Origin: Macrostomum lignano
Taxonomy: Eukaryota
Assembly: GCA_002269645.1 (NCBI GenBank)
Contig: NIVC01001873.1
Span: forward strand, 1-64,000
Direction of reading: 5' to 3'
DNA length: 64,000 bases
In this document: piece after piece, positions 33,800 through 44,981 of the stretch
Numbering within the stretch: position 1 is the stretch's first letter
How the letters are laid out: every line of letters starts with the position of its first letter
The notes under the pieces: generated by a model
The model's input: only the letters and a program-made list of their open reading frames with translations
Told to the model about the DNA's origin: nothing
The model's database searches: none
Translations under genes and position numbers: made by a program

Positions 33800-35083
33800 G
33801 CTGCACTGTGTAAGCTGCATTGTGTAAACTGCACTGTGTAAGCTGCATTTTGTAAACTGCACTGTGTAAACTGCACTGTGTAAGCTGCATTTTGTAAACT
33901 GCACTGTGTAAGCTGCACTGTGTAAGCTGCATTTTGTAAACTGCACTGTGTAAACTGCACTGTGTAAGCTGCACTGTGTAAGCTGCATTTTGTAAACTGC
34001 ACTGTGTAAGCTGCACTGTGTAAGCTGCATTTTGTAAACTGCACTGTGTAAACTGCACTGTGTAAGCTGCATTTTGTAAACTGCACTGTGTAAGCTGCAC
34101 TGTGTAAGCTGCATTTTGTAAACTGCACTGTGTAAGCTGCACTGTGTAAGCTGCATTTTGTAAACTGCACTGTGTAAGCTAGATTGTGTAAGCTGCACTG
34201 TGCAAGCTAGATTGTGTAAGCTAGATTGTGTAAACTGCACTGTGCAAGCTACGAGCTAGATTGTGTAAGCTGCACTGTGCAAGCTAGATTGTGTAAGCTG
34301 CACTGTGCAAGCTAGATTGTGTAAGCTAGATTGTGTAAGCTGCACTGTGCAAGCTAGATTGTGTAAGCTAGATTGTGTAAGCTGCACTGTGCAAGCTAGA
34401 TTGTGTAAGCTGCACTGTGCAAGCTAGATTGTGTAAGCTAGATTGTGTAAACTGCACTGTGCAAGCTAGATTGTGTAAGCTGCACTGTGCAAGCTAGATT
34501 GTGTAAGCTGCACTGTGCAAGCTAGATTGTGTAAGCTAGATTGTGTAAGCTGCACTGTGCAAGCTAGATTGTGTAAGCTGCACTGTGCAAGCTAGATTGT
34601 GTAAGCTAGATTGTGTAAGCTGCACTGTGCAAGCTAGATTGTGTAAGCTAGATTGTGTAAGCTGCACTGTGCAAGCTAGATTGTGTAAGCTGCACTGTGC
34701 AAGCTAGATTGTGTAAGCTGCACTGTGCAAGCTAGATTGTGTAAGCTGCACTGTGCAAGCTAGATTGTGTAAGCTGCACTGTGCAAGCTAGATTGTGTAA
34801 GCTAGATTGTGTAAGCTGCACTGTGCAAGCTAGATTGTGTAAGCTGCACTGTGCAAGCTAGATTGTGTAAGCTGCACTGTGCAAGCTAGATTGTGTAAGC
34901 TGCACTGTGCAAGCTAGATTGTGTAAGCTGCACTGTGCAAGCTAGATTGTGTAAGCTGCACTGTGCAAGCTAGATTGTGTAAGCTGCACTGTGCAAGCTA
35001 GATTGTGTAAGCTGCACTGTGCAAGCTAGATTGTGTAAGCTGCACTGTGCAAGCTAGATTGTGTAAGCTGGACTGAATAAGCT
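33800..35083. repeat. Compound 14-bp minisatellite with 28-bp higher-order unit
   Basis: Units TGCACTGTGTAAGC / TGCATTTTGTAAAC in the left part; TAGATTGTGTAAGC / TGCACTGTGCAAGC alternating in the right part. Confidence 0.97.
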
Positions 35084-36828
35084 GTGCTACTTTTATCAAT
35101 CGTCTAAACTGCTACAAACCATAAAGGGAATAACTGGAAGCCAATTGGGATTTCAATTTTGCAGATAAGCGACAAATATTTGCTAATTGAAGTTAAACAG
35201 AAATGACTGTGAAGTTAAGCATTAGAATTGTTCGGAAACGACCGCAAGCAGAACGTGTTTATTTGCATATATTTGTATGTGCAAGGATAAATGTAATAAC
35301 GGGGTTAAGCTACTTGCTGCTAAGGTTGCCAGGTAGGACCAAGAGACAGGATGGGCAACTTTTCAGAGCTGAATAAGTTGGGATCAGGGGAAACGGCAAA
35401 CACAGAATACGCTCGGAGATGTAACGGTGACGCGGTTTGTATTAAATCAAGTGTAGAAAAAAACTGTTCGCTTGCAAAACGCGCAGCACAAGCAGGCGAA
35501 TGAAATATGAATAAGAGAATTAAAACAAATATACAATTAAAGCCAAGAGAAAAGCAGAGCCAGATACTAATTCCAATGTTGAAAATGGCGATAATAGTTG
35601 AAACGCAGAGCTAAACAAGGCTTGATAATAAAATGAACAAGCACAAGACTTTCTCACATATTTTACTTACAACATCAAACTGGATAGGCTAACAGTTTGA
35701 CAAAGACAACGATGACATTGCCTTTGGTGCTGGAAAAAATAAATAAAAGCGCAATTCACAGGGCAAGTACATTAGGGCTCTCTCTCTTACAAGACTAAAA
35801 TAAGTTAATAAGAATGCCGAATATTACACTGCTCACCTTGTCAACAGCGAGGCTTCTATCGCACGCATTTTATTGTGCAACTCAGCTTGTTACATGTGTT
35901 AAATGCCTATGTGTAGCTACTGTCGCCAGATCGTTACTAAGCGGTGAAATATCGCCAACACAAACAGCTATTTATAATAAGAGTAAAAATAATACTAAAA
36001 GCATAACAAAGATGGAAATAGATAACAGGTATCAAATATTGTATCTAAGCGTGCAACGGAACTGAAAAAAACAGACGGTGCAAGAATGCCCCGATAAACT
36101 TGCTTCATTTTTTGGTTAAGTAGTAGGCCACACTGAATAACTGACTCGTGTATCTGAATTGCAGATCGAAGCCTCGCAAGCAGAAAATATTAAATAATAT
36201 TAATGTAGGACAGGTAAGAGTTCAAGTGTACGCACAGATTACAAAGCTATTACAGCTAGTTTACAGGCCTTTATAAACAGTAGGCATTGAACAAATAAAG
36301 CAAATATTTCAAGAGCTAAAACGTTAAACGAAGTATCAAAGGATAGTACTACTTACAGCATATAAGACGAAATTCGAAATGTCAAAGCAGTATAAACACG
36401 TTGCTAGCCAAGTCCGAAAAGTGAACGTTTTAATATAGTGCCAAAATTGAATAATCTGTTCAGGGTCAAATTAGCAAATTAGTTTTACAGATAGAAGCAA
36501 ATTGCAAAGCATACTTTAAACTGCTGCCATAATGAGAGATTATCAGTTACTTTACAAGCTGGACAGAGTCAGAATGGAGAACCAAGGAGTTCCAGGAACA
36601 TCAACCAACTAACTCATGCCTACAAACAGAAACATATTGCATTTTTTCGATTTAAAAATAAGAGAGAACATAGTGCATGGACGATATGTTATAGGAAAAC
36701 GAACGCAGGGATTTATTTAATGGGCATTCAAAGAGAGAAATGATTTATTATAACATAAAAAACAAAAAGGCAAACATGATAAAGACGCATAATACCCATG
36801 AGACGATGTAGCTAGTGAATAATGACTC

Positions 36829-39800
36829 TTAAAAGAAGTTGTATTCGTCATTGTCGCCAATATTCATTTCTTCCTCAAAGTTCATCAGCTCCTCTTGAGT
36901 ATTCAAGCCGAGATTTGTTTGAGTGAGCTCCTGAAAATTGAGTAAAACACAAGCAATAAATGTCAAAGTTTTAAAAAACGTTTTCATAGATTTAACGCTC
37001 AGCAGGAGAGGTGCCCATAGTGGTTTAGCACGGCGCTCTTATGTGCCAGCGGCCCAGGCTCGATTCCAAGTGCAGTCACATTAATTTGTGACTGCACTCA
37101 ACGCCCTTGAGGGCAAACTCCCAAGGCACAGTGAAGTGTACATGCCTAACGATATGTAACGTTAGGGTCGCTGTACACTCCTGTGAGTGTGTGCCTGTGC
37201 GTATGACTGCGTAAGTATCCGCGTGCTTGTGTGCCTGCTCAGGGGAGTCGGCGGAATGGGCAGTGATGCCTCTCGCCGGTTGTGTGACAGTCGCCTAAGG
37301 TTTGCCATGGAGCACGCAGCCCCCTGTCTCAAAAATGTATTCTACATTATGAGCATTATTTAGTAAATTTATTTGCGTGGCTTTATGTGAATTTGAATAC
37401 AAGAAAATAATTATAAAATCAATAATTTGCATATTCTACCAAAGTATACGAGTATATCACACACTTGCAGACTGCGCTAAACTCCTAGGCTAGACACTCT
37501 CCATCTAGATAAAAAAAATTGAACATTATTTCGTCTTTGAATAGTCACAGAGCTTTAAGCTATAAACAAGAGCAGATTTTAGTCAAAATAACTTACTATT
37601 GAATACAGTTGCCAAGCTACAAGCGGATAAATAAGCTTCAACAAACATAATAACGTACCGCCTCTCGCCGACGCTTCTCCTCCAGTTTTCGCCTCTCAAG
37701 TTCGGCAGCGGAGATGCCACCGATAGTTTGGCCAGTTGATGCCGGCGCCGCAGCAGAAGTTGAAGCCGCAGCAGTCACGGAGGACGAAGGCGCGTCCTTG
37801 CCGCCGCCCGATCGACTAACAGCGGTGGCAGCAGCGGATGTCGCCTTGGCCCGACGTGCCTCTTCTTCGCGTTGCAGGCGCTGCATTGCTTCGCGCTCCT
37901 TACGGCTGTCAGCAGTCTGCTTCTGGAACTTCTGAAACGCATGAATTGCTGCAGTATTGGCCGCTGAAGCGCTCTCAGCCTTTGTCTGCTGTTGCGGGGC
38001 TTTGTGAAGCAGAGAGCTCCAAGGACTGGGGTGCGGAGGCTGCTGCGCGGCCGATGCCTGCGACACTGGCGGCACCGGCTGATGCGTCACTGGCGCCTTG
38101 GACGTCGTAGCGGTTCGCCGAGCTGTGAAGTAAAATGAAGGCATAGGAATAGATAGGTGCAATTGTATTTGTCTGAACTTAACTGATTTCGATATAGATA
38201 AATATTGGTGCTACTGAATTCACAGAGAGCCAACATTTGAGTACTCACAAGATGCGTCAAGATCCGAGGCGGATCCAGATGAGCCCGAGTCGGAACTATC
38301 CGATGAGCTGTCAGAATCTGAGGAGCTACTGTCTTGGCCGGTTGCTACAACAAAACAGTGAATCTCAACAAGGTAATCAATGTTTAAATATTAAATATCA
38401 GTACTTTAAATGATAGGCCAGATGAAACCATATTCGATGCTTTTTACATAAAATATATCTATAACTACAGAAGCTCCTGTGCAGAACGTTAAACAATTAC
38501 CTGGCTTAGCAGTGGTCGGTGGCGCCGCAGGCTTCTTTGGTGGCGACGCCTCTTTAGGCTGCTGGGCGAGAGGTGCTGGCTGTGGCGGGTTGGGTAGCGC
38601 AGGCGGCAAGGGCAATGTGGGTGGCTGTTGCGGAGGTACAGCTGCAGGCGCAGCTGACTTAGCGCCCTTATTGCGGTTGCTATTAGCAACAGGTTTGGCG
38701 GCATTCTGCGGCTGTTGCTGCTCAGGTGACAGGTGTTTTGGCTTGGCCTGTTGAGCCTGAGGCTGCGGCGGTTGCGTTGGCGGTGGCGCGGCAGGTGCTG
38801 GAGGCGAGGCCTGAAGCACAGAGCGGACATAAGCTTCAAGCTCCCTGAGGGTGTCCAGCTGCAGGGTCTCAAAGTCGATTTCGATCTCATCGGGGTTAGA
38901 ATCCCGCAGGCTGGGCTCCCGCTGCTGAATGATCTGAACAACCCGGCCTAGCCGGTCGCCCGGCAGCTTATTGATGTCCAGCGACAGCTGTCGCTTCTCT
39001 TCGTAGCTCATTGGTCGGGAGGCCTGGCTTGGAGCGGACTGGGACTGGTGATAGCCTACGCTGTTTCCGCCGTTAGCGGAGGCCGAAAACTGTGGCTGAG
39101 CAGCGGCTTCCCAGCTGGAGGACAGAGTGGGGGCGGCTGCAGCCTTTTTGCCAGCGCTACCACTGGCTCGCTTTTGCCTGGGCGCTGTGGCTGAAGCTTT
39201 TTTGCAGGCTGGTGTGACGAAAGTAGACTGACTGGGTGCTGGTGTAGTGAGCGGGGCAGCCGTCTGCGGCTGCTGTTTGCCCTGACGACTGCCACCGCTG
39301 TTCCGCGGCTTTTTCGCAGTCGATGGGTCCGGAGTCGACGTTGGCGGGTGATGATTGCTCACAATATTGGCTGCAACTATGCTGCGCAGCTCACTAATGC
39401 ATGACGTCATCTGAGTTAAATGCATTGATCATAATAAAAATTAAGATAAACCGCACTTGACATAAAAGACCAACATTCTGTCAACTCACGTGAACTAAAT
39501 CAAGTATTGTCTTTTGGGCTAAGAGTATAAAAGCAAAATAAAATGGCTCCTTATAATTCTATGACCAAGTATTAGACCCAGTTCGAGGCAGCAGGCCTCA
39601 GACGAACGAGTTTGTCAGCCTAATTGGGACGAAAAGCAAGAACACTGCCGTTTTTACCAGAGACAATACGCAAGAGAGTTAAATTTCAAGAGTGAATAAA
39701 AGGAACCACAGATTTTTTCTTCATTGATTGTATGTATTGTCAAGGAATCCTAGTTGCTCGTATAGCTGTTGAGTGCGAGTCCTTAGCATTTTTAATGCAG

Positions 39801-42540
39801 AAAGAGGACATTCATGGGCTACAAGTGCTGTGTGTCAGTGAATAGCGATAGCTTAATGGCAGTGAATAGTGCTATTCCTTTCATAGAACTTTGTCAAGTT
39901 ACGAGTTTTGACAAGTGAGTAGTGATAACTGTTCTTGTTACAAGTTGTTTGATTTATAGGCATCCGTTCATGAGAAATGAATTAGCGCTTGATTTATGAC
40001 AAGCTTGAGTAGTCCTGAGAACAATTCATTAACTAAAGTATTTTCCCAGCACTTTCAATTCGATTCGATTCGGGCTCATCGGACGACGACGCTTCTGAAG
40101 TTACAATTGCAAGGCGACCCAGCGATTTTAACACGTAGATAAAGTTTCGATTCTCAAAATTCTCTAAACAACTCGGCCTTTCTCTCTAAGTATACGCAGT
40201 ATGGCGTTTTATTTTCAATAGTTGGTGGCATCTTCGTGTTCGTTAGTGGGCTTACTACGCTGGGTAAGAGACTATATATGGTCGACTATATTGTCGTAGA
40301 GCATATTTCGTCTGGATGGGCGTTAATCGCGACTGCCCCAGCAATGAATGATTCAATACTTGGTTTTGAGTGCCAGACATTTAAGCAAGAAAAACCAAAT
40401 ATTGAGTAGTATCGTAACACGATATATATTTCTTTGATATGATATGAGCTATTTGACTCGGACTCTTAATATCAAACATGTCTTTCGCACTTGATGGCAG
40501 GTTTGAGCAAGATAATCACGAAATTTTGAGATCAATATACAACAAAGCCCTGCGAAACGTCTTTTGTTTTCTAACGCTAAAGTCAATAACTAAGAAGCAA
40601 AAATATAGTTGGTCGTTTTTTTCCAATATACTTTAGATTCCAGTCTGCTAAAAACGGAAGCGCTTCTTCTGTTCTTGTTTCTCGTTACCCTTAGACTGAA
40701 AACTCGTTTGTCTGTGACCTGCTGCCTTGAACAACTGATTCAAATACATAGGCATATAATTAAATGAGCCGTTTCGTTTTGAACTTCCACTGTTACATTT
40801 ATCCGACAAAGGCAATAATATCATAATGGTAAATTGTGTCTATGGCAAAACCATATGCGCAAGCATATTGTCTGACGAATGTATTTTAGTAGCCTTGAAA
40901 AATGATTGCAAAGCGTGATGTCATGTGGCACAACTCAGGCAAGCGACAGCTGGCTGCAAAAAGCAACTGTGCCATTACTGTCGCATGCTCGACTGCTTCA
41001 ATCATACAGACTCGACTCCCGCTTGGGACCATTGAGAAAGTCAAATGACACGCAGTTAAGTCATCATTGCTGCTGACATCAGCTTGCATAATTACTGGAA
41101 ATATTTTAACTCATGGATTTTAATAATTCTCAGCTAAATGACGACTTAAATAATAAGAAATACTTTTTGCGTTATTTCATTACTAAGTTTAAAAGACATA
41201 ATGTCATATTAAGACCGAAAGAAAAAATGTTACTTCGACCACAATGGGTTGTAACTCGTAAATGAGCAGGATATTATGCGTTGATATGCTATAAATCTGC
41301 TGACGAAGCTAAATATAATTTCACAGCATCTTCTGGCTAAGCAGTGGTACTACAGAAAACGACAAGGAAAAACAAGTAGTACCTGAGTGTAGAGCTGCTC
41401 CACTTTTACGGAAAGCTCAGTGACTTTGTTGACATCGGCCAGCGATAGCCGCCCATTGCCAACACTGACTGCGCCTCCCGTCTTGATCGGTGGGGAGGTA
41501 GTTGACGACACAGGTGACACAACACCGCTTACAGCAGCACCGGATGAGGCTGTCGCATTGTGACTAGCGAATACGCGATTGTAGTGATCAACAAAGTACT
41601 TAGATAGTTCCTTGCCCAACCGATGCACCTCGGAATCGGGTGGATTGTACTTTAAACAGTTGTCAATCATAAGGTGAAAGTCGGCAGCGAAAGCCTCCCG
41701 GTCAGCGTACTGACCCGAATCAATTTTCTTACGCATGGTGCTTAGATCCATGGGTTGGGTCACAATATCATAGTAGTCGTGTAAGCCTAGGGCTACAACG
41801 TCAACAGGCTCCAGAAAGGGCCAGTTAATGGATTTCTGCCGTGCCGAGCTGACGTCACGCAGCAGTGCGGAGCACTGTCGCATCTCGTCGGACGCAAAGC
41901 CACCGGCAGTACCGTTGCTACTGGCAACCACCTCGCGCTTCGGTTTCTTGATTGCGCGACTGGACAGCTCGCGCGAGCCGGCTGGCTGCAGCTGGCTGAG
42001 TGGCCTGACAGCAGCGGCTGATGCTGCCGACACAGGTGTTACAGTAACTGCGTCCGTTTCGGACAAAGATGCTTTGCGCTTCAAAGCTGCAGTAGGAGTA
42101 GCTGGAGACAGCTTTGCTGAGCGATCGGTGGGAATCTCGTGCTCGATTGGCGGGTAATTGCGCATGTTTTCACGAAACACAGCCTCCACCTCTTCTGCCA
42201 TGATCACCACATCGTCACCCGGTTTGTTAAACACAAAACAATTGAGAAAGATGCCATTGATATCATCAATGCAGTCCTGGCCAGACTGATACACCTTCCC
42301 GCTATTTAGCCGGTTCTTCACTGTATTGAGATCCATAGGCTTCAAGACAATGTTGGGATAATCAGGAATCTGCAACTTTACTGGGTCCACTGGTGCTTTG
42401 AATGGCCATGAGTTTGGCAGCTTCATTACTGCTGGAAGAGCAACGCGCTTGATATATTCCAGCTGGTTGCTCCAGAATCTGTGATGTCGCTGCTGCTGCT
42501 GCTGCTGCATTTCTGCACAGTCTAGCGACTTTTTGATCAT
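36829..42540 (-). CDS. BRD4: BET bromodomain protein (BRD4/fs(1)h long-form type), 5 exons, 909 aa
   Basis: Exons 42540-41383, 39410-38501, 38344-38249, 38122-37659, 36930-36829; all GT-AG and phase-consistent, 2730 nt. BD1 (WPFKAPVD...NKPGDDVV), BD2 (WPFLEPVD...YNPPDSEV), ET ([25 protein letters not shown]...[10 protein letters not shown]), Ser/Asp tract, C-terminal [18 protein letters not shown]. Single-BET ortholog rather than specifically vertebrate BRD4. Confidence 0.93.
37008..37335 (+). mobile_element. tRNA-derived SINE, older copy in BET last intron
   Basis: B-box GGCTCGATTCC; body closely similar to 43056-43424; short A tail. Confidence 0.8.
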
Positions 42541-42937
42541 CTAAAGTGCTTTACTCAGATAGCAGAGCGCATGCAGACAAGTAGGCTGACTGAAACGCGA
42601 CGCAATTTGCGAGTTAGCATAAGCAAGTTTTATTACTTAATTTAAAGAAACATGCAAATACGCTTGTAAAATAGCACACCAATGAAACAGAAAAAGAGTG
42701 AATATAATCATTAACATAGGAGTGCTCACAAGGATACATTTGAAAAGGAAATCTCATAAAGTTTTAAACTTTCAAAGCCTAACCGCATAAGATATAAGTA
42801 TTTTACATGATGACCTTAAGGTAGACATGGCAATTCTAGCGAAATTCATCAAAGACATCCCTAGAAAAGAAACCTGCTGAAATTAGAAAGTCAACCATGG
42901 TATTGTCATGACATGATTGGCTTACAAAGTTTTCCAA

Positions 42938-43045
42938 GTAAGTATCATGTTACTATAAGTATCATGTAAGTATCATGTAAGTATCATGTAGTAAGTATCA
43001 TGTAAGTATCATGTAAGTATCATGTAGTAAGTATCATGTAAGTGT
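42938..43045. repeat. 11-bp tandem repeat AAGTATCATGT, interrupted by a SINE
   Basis: Direct reading; the unit resumes at 43431. Confidence 0.9.
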
Positions 43046-43055
43046 CAAGTAAGTA

Positions 43056-43424
43056 AGGGGGCCGTAGCCCAGCGGTCTAGCGCAGGCTCTGGTGTGCCAG
43101 CAACCCAGGCTCGATTCCAAGTGCAGTCACATTAATTTGGGGCTGAATTGGAATCTCGGCTTGGCTCTGCTCGTGCAATTAACGGCATTGAGAGCCAACC
43201 CCCCAAGGCGCAGTGAAGTGTACATGCCTAACGATAAAATAAAGTTAGGGCCGCTGTACACTCCTGTGTGAGTGTGTGCCTGCGTACGTATCCGCGTGCT
43301 TGTATGCCTGCTCAGGGGAGTCGACGGAATGGGCATTAATGCCTCTCGCCGGTTGTGTGTTGATGTCGCTTAAAGTGCGCCAGGGTGCACACAGCCCTCC
43401 TGCCTCTAATAAAAAAATAAAAAA
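43056..43424 (+). mobile_element. tRNA-derived SINE with 11-bp TSD
   Basis: A-box TAGCCCAGCGG (43065-43075), B-box GGCTCGATTCC (43108-43118), A-rich tail, TSD TCAAGTAAGTA at 43045-43055 and 43425-43435. Confidence 0.88.
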
Positions 43425-43566
43425 TCAAGTAAGTATCATGTAATACATACAATTGTACCGACTTGCTAAGTATACAATGTTTCTGCAGTACTTTTGTTTA
43501 CTTACAAGTAGCTACTTTGAAAGTACTTACAAAGTAGTTAATGATAATACAACCTATATCATAATA

Positions 43567-43844
43567 CATATGCTGTCTTACTTTCCAAACTTGGCAAGTC
43601 AATTAAGTAGACACATACATTGGATACTTTAAAAGTACTTGTAAGTAGACAGACACACTGTGTACTTTCCAAACATTGGAAGTCAATCAAGTACTTTCAA
43701 AGTACTTACAAAGTACAAGCATCTCTTTGATGCAAGTAGACAGATATAGTGTCTGTCTACTTATAAGTTAAAGTACTTCTAAAGTATCCAATGTATGTGT
43801 CTACTTAATTGACTGGCCAAGTTTGGAAAATAAGACAGCATATG
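43567..43844. repeat. Foldback/MITE-like inverted repeat, about 90-bp arms
   Basis: 43567-43656 is the near-perfect reverse complement of 43749-43844. Confidence 0.85.
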
Positions 43845-43901
43845 TCTATTTACAAGTACTTTTAAAGAATGTCCTATTCTGTTTGTTTCTACATGCTGAA
43901 A

Positions 43902-44981
43902 ATGGAAATTTCAAAACTGGATGTTTATTTGTGGGTGTTTGCTCTACAACTTTAAATCTGGACTTAATGCGTCGGCGTCGGCACATCGCATTAACTCTGC
44001 ATTCGGAGATGGTACCATGTCCAACAGAACTGCCCGGGACTCGTTCACTTGTTTCCGCAATGGAAACTTTGAACTCGAAGACCAGCCCCAATCAGGTCAA
44101 CCATCGGAGGTGGATGATGAGCAGCTGCGCCAGCTTGTAGAAGCCAATCCCTGCCGAACCTCGCGTGAAATAGCAGATGTCCTCGGGGTACACCAGACCA
44201 CCATCATCGATCACCTGCGCCAGCTGGGTAAGGTGTACAAGTTGGCACAATGGGTAACCCCACGACCTTACTGGTTTCGACTGTTGGCGTTGCGCTGATG
44301 CTGCAATGTTTCTTCTGTCCTACCATTGCACAATCCGTTGGCTAACATCCATAGTGACGGGTGACAAAAAGTGGTGTTTATGCACCAACGTGAAATCCCG
44401 TGCTTTGTGGGTGGACAAAAATGAAGTGTCAAAACCACAGCCGAAAGCACCACTGCACCCTCGGAATGTGATGCTCAGCATCTGGTGGGACTGCAATGGT
44501 GTCATTCACTATGAGCTGCTGCTACCAAACCTGATAATTACAGCTGACAAGTACTGTTAGCAACTGGATGATTTGGCAGCAAAGATCAAAGAAAAGTGCC
44601 CGAATCATGGTCCGGTCCGTTTTCTTCACGATACTGCGTGGCCACACATGGCAAAGGTTACTTGGCAGAAGCTGCTTGATCTGGACTGGGAGGTTTTACC
44701 CCACCCACCTTATTCACTAGACCTTGCACCATCTGATTACCACTTGTTCCTATCCCTGTCCAGCGCCAGGGCATGAACTCAACGTCTGGCTGGACAACTT
44801 CTTCGCCTCAAAACCAGCTAAGTTCTACAAGGATGGCATCATGAGTGTGCACAAACGATGGCAGAAAGTCATTGAATATGATGGCAATTACTTCACTTTG
44901 TAAAGTTGTTTCAGTTCTATAGAAACTCAGTACGAATGAAGTTTTTAAAATTGGAGAGAACTTTCCCTTCAACCGAATATA
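43902..44981 (+). mobile_element. Mariner transposon, decayed; right TIR present, left TIR not found
   Basis: HTH region CLLYNFKSGLNAS..., WV(P) motif, VTGDKKW, MLSIWWDCNGV, RFLHDTAWPH, HPPYSLDLAPSDYHLF, WQKVIEYDGNYFTL stop at 44901-44903. TIR ...CTTTCCCTTCAACCGAATA followed by TA. Confidence 0.92.

Noticed and set aside
33716-34240. Repetitive ORFs such as MQFTKCSLHSAAYTVQ
   Set aside because: Translations of the 14-bp minisatellite.
43057-43130. Functional tRNA gene
   Set aside because: A and B boxes are present but no complete cloverleaf; long shared body, A tail and TSD indicate a SINE.
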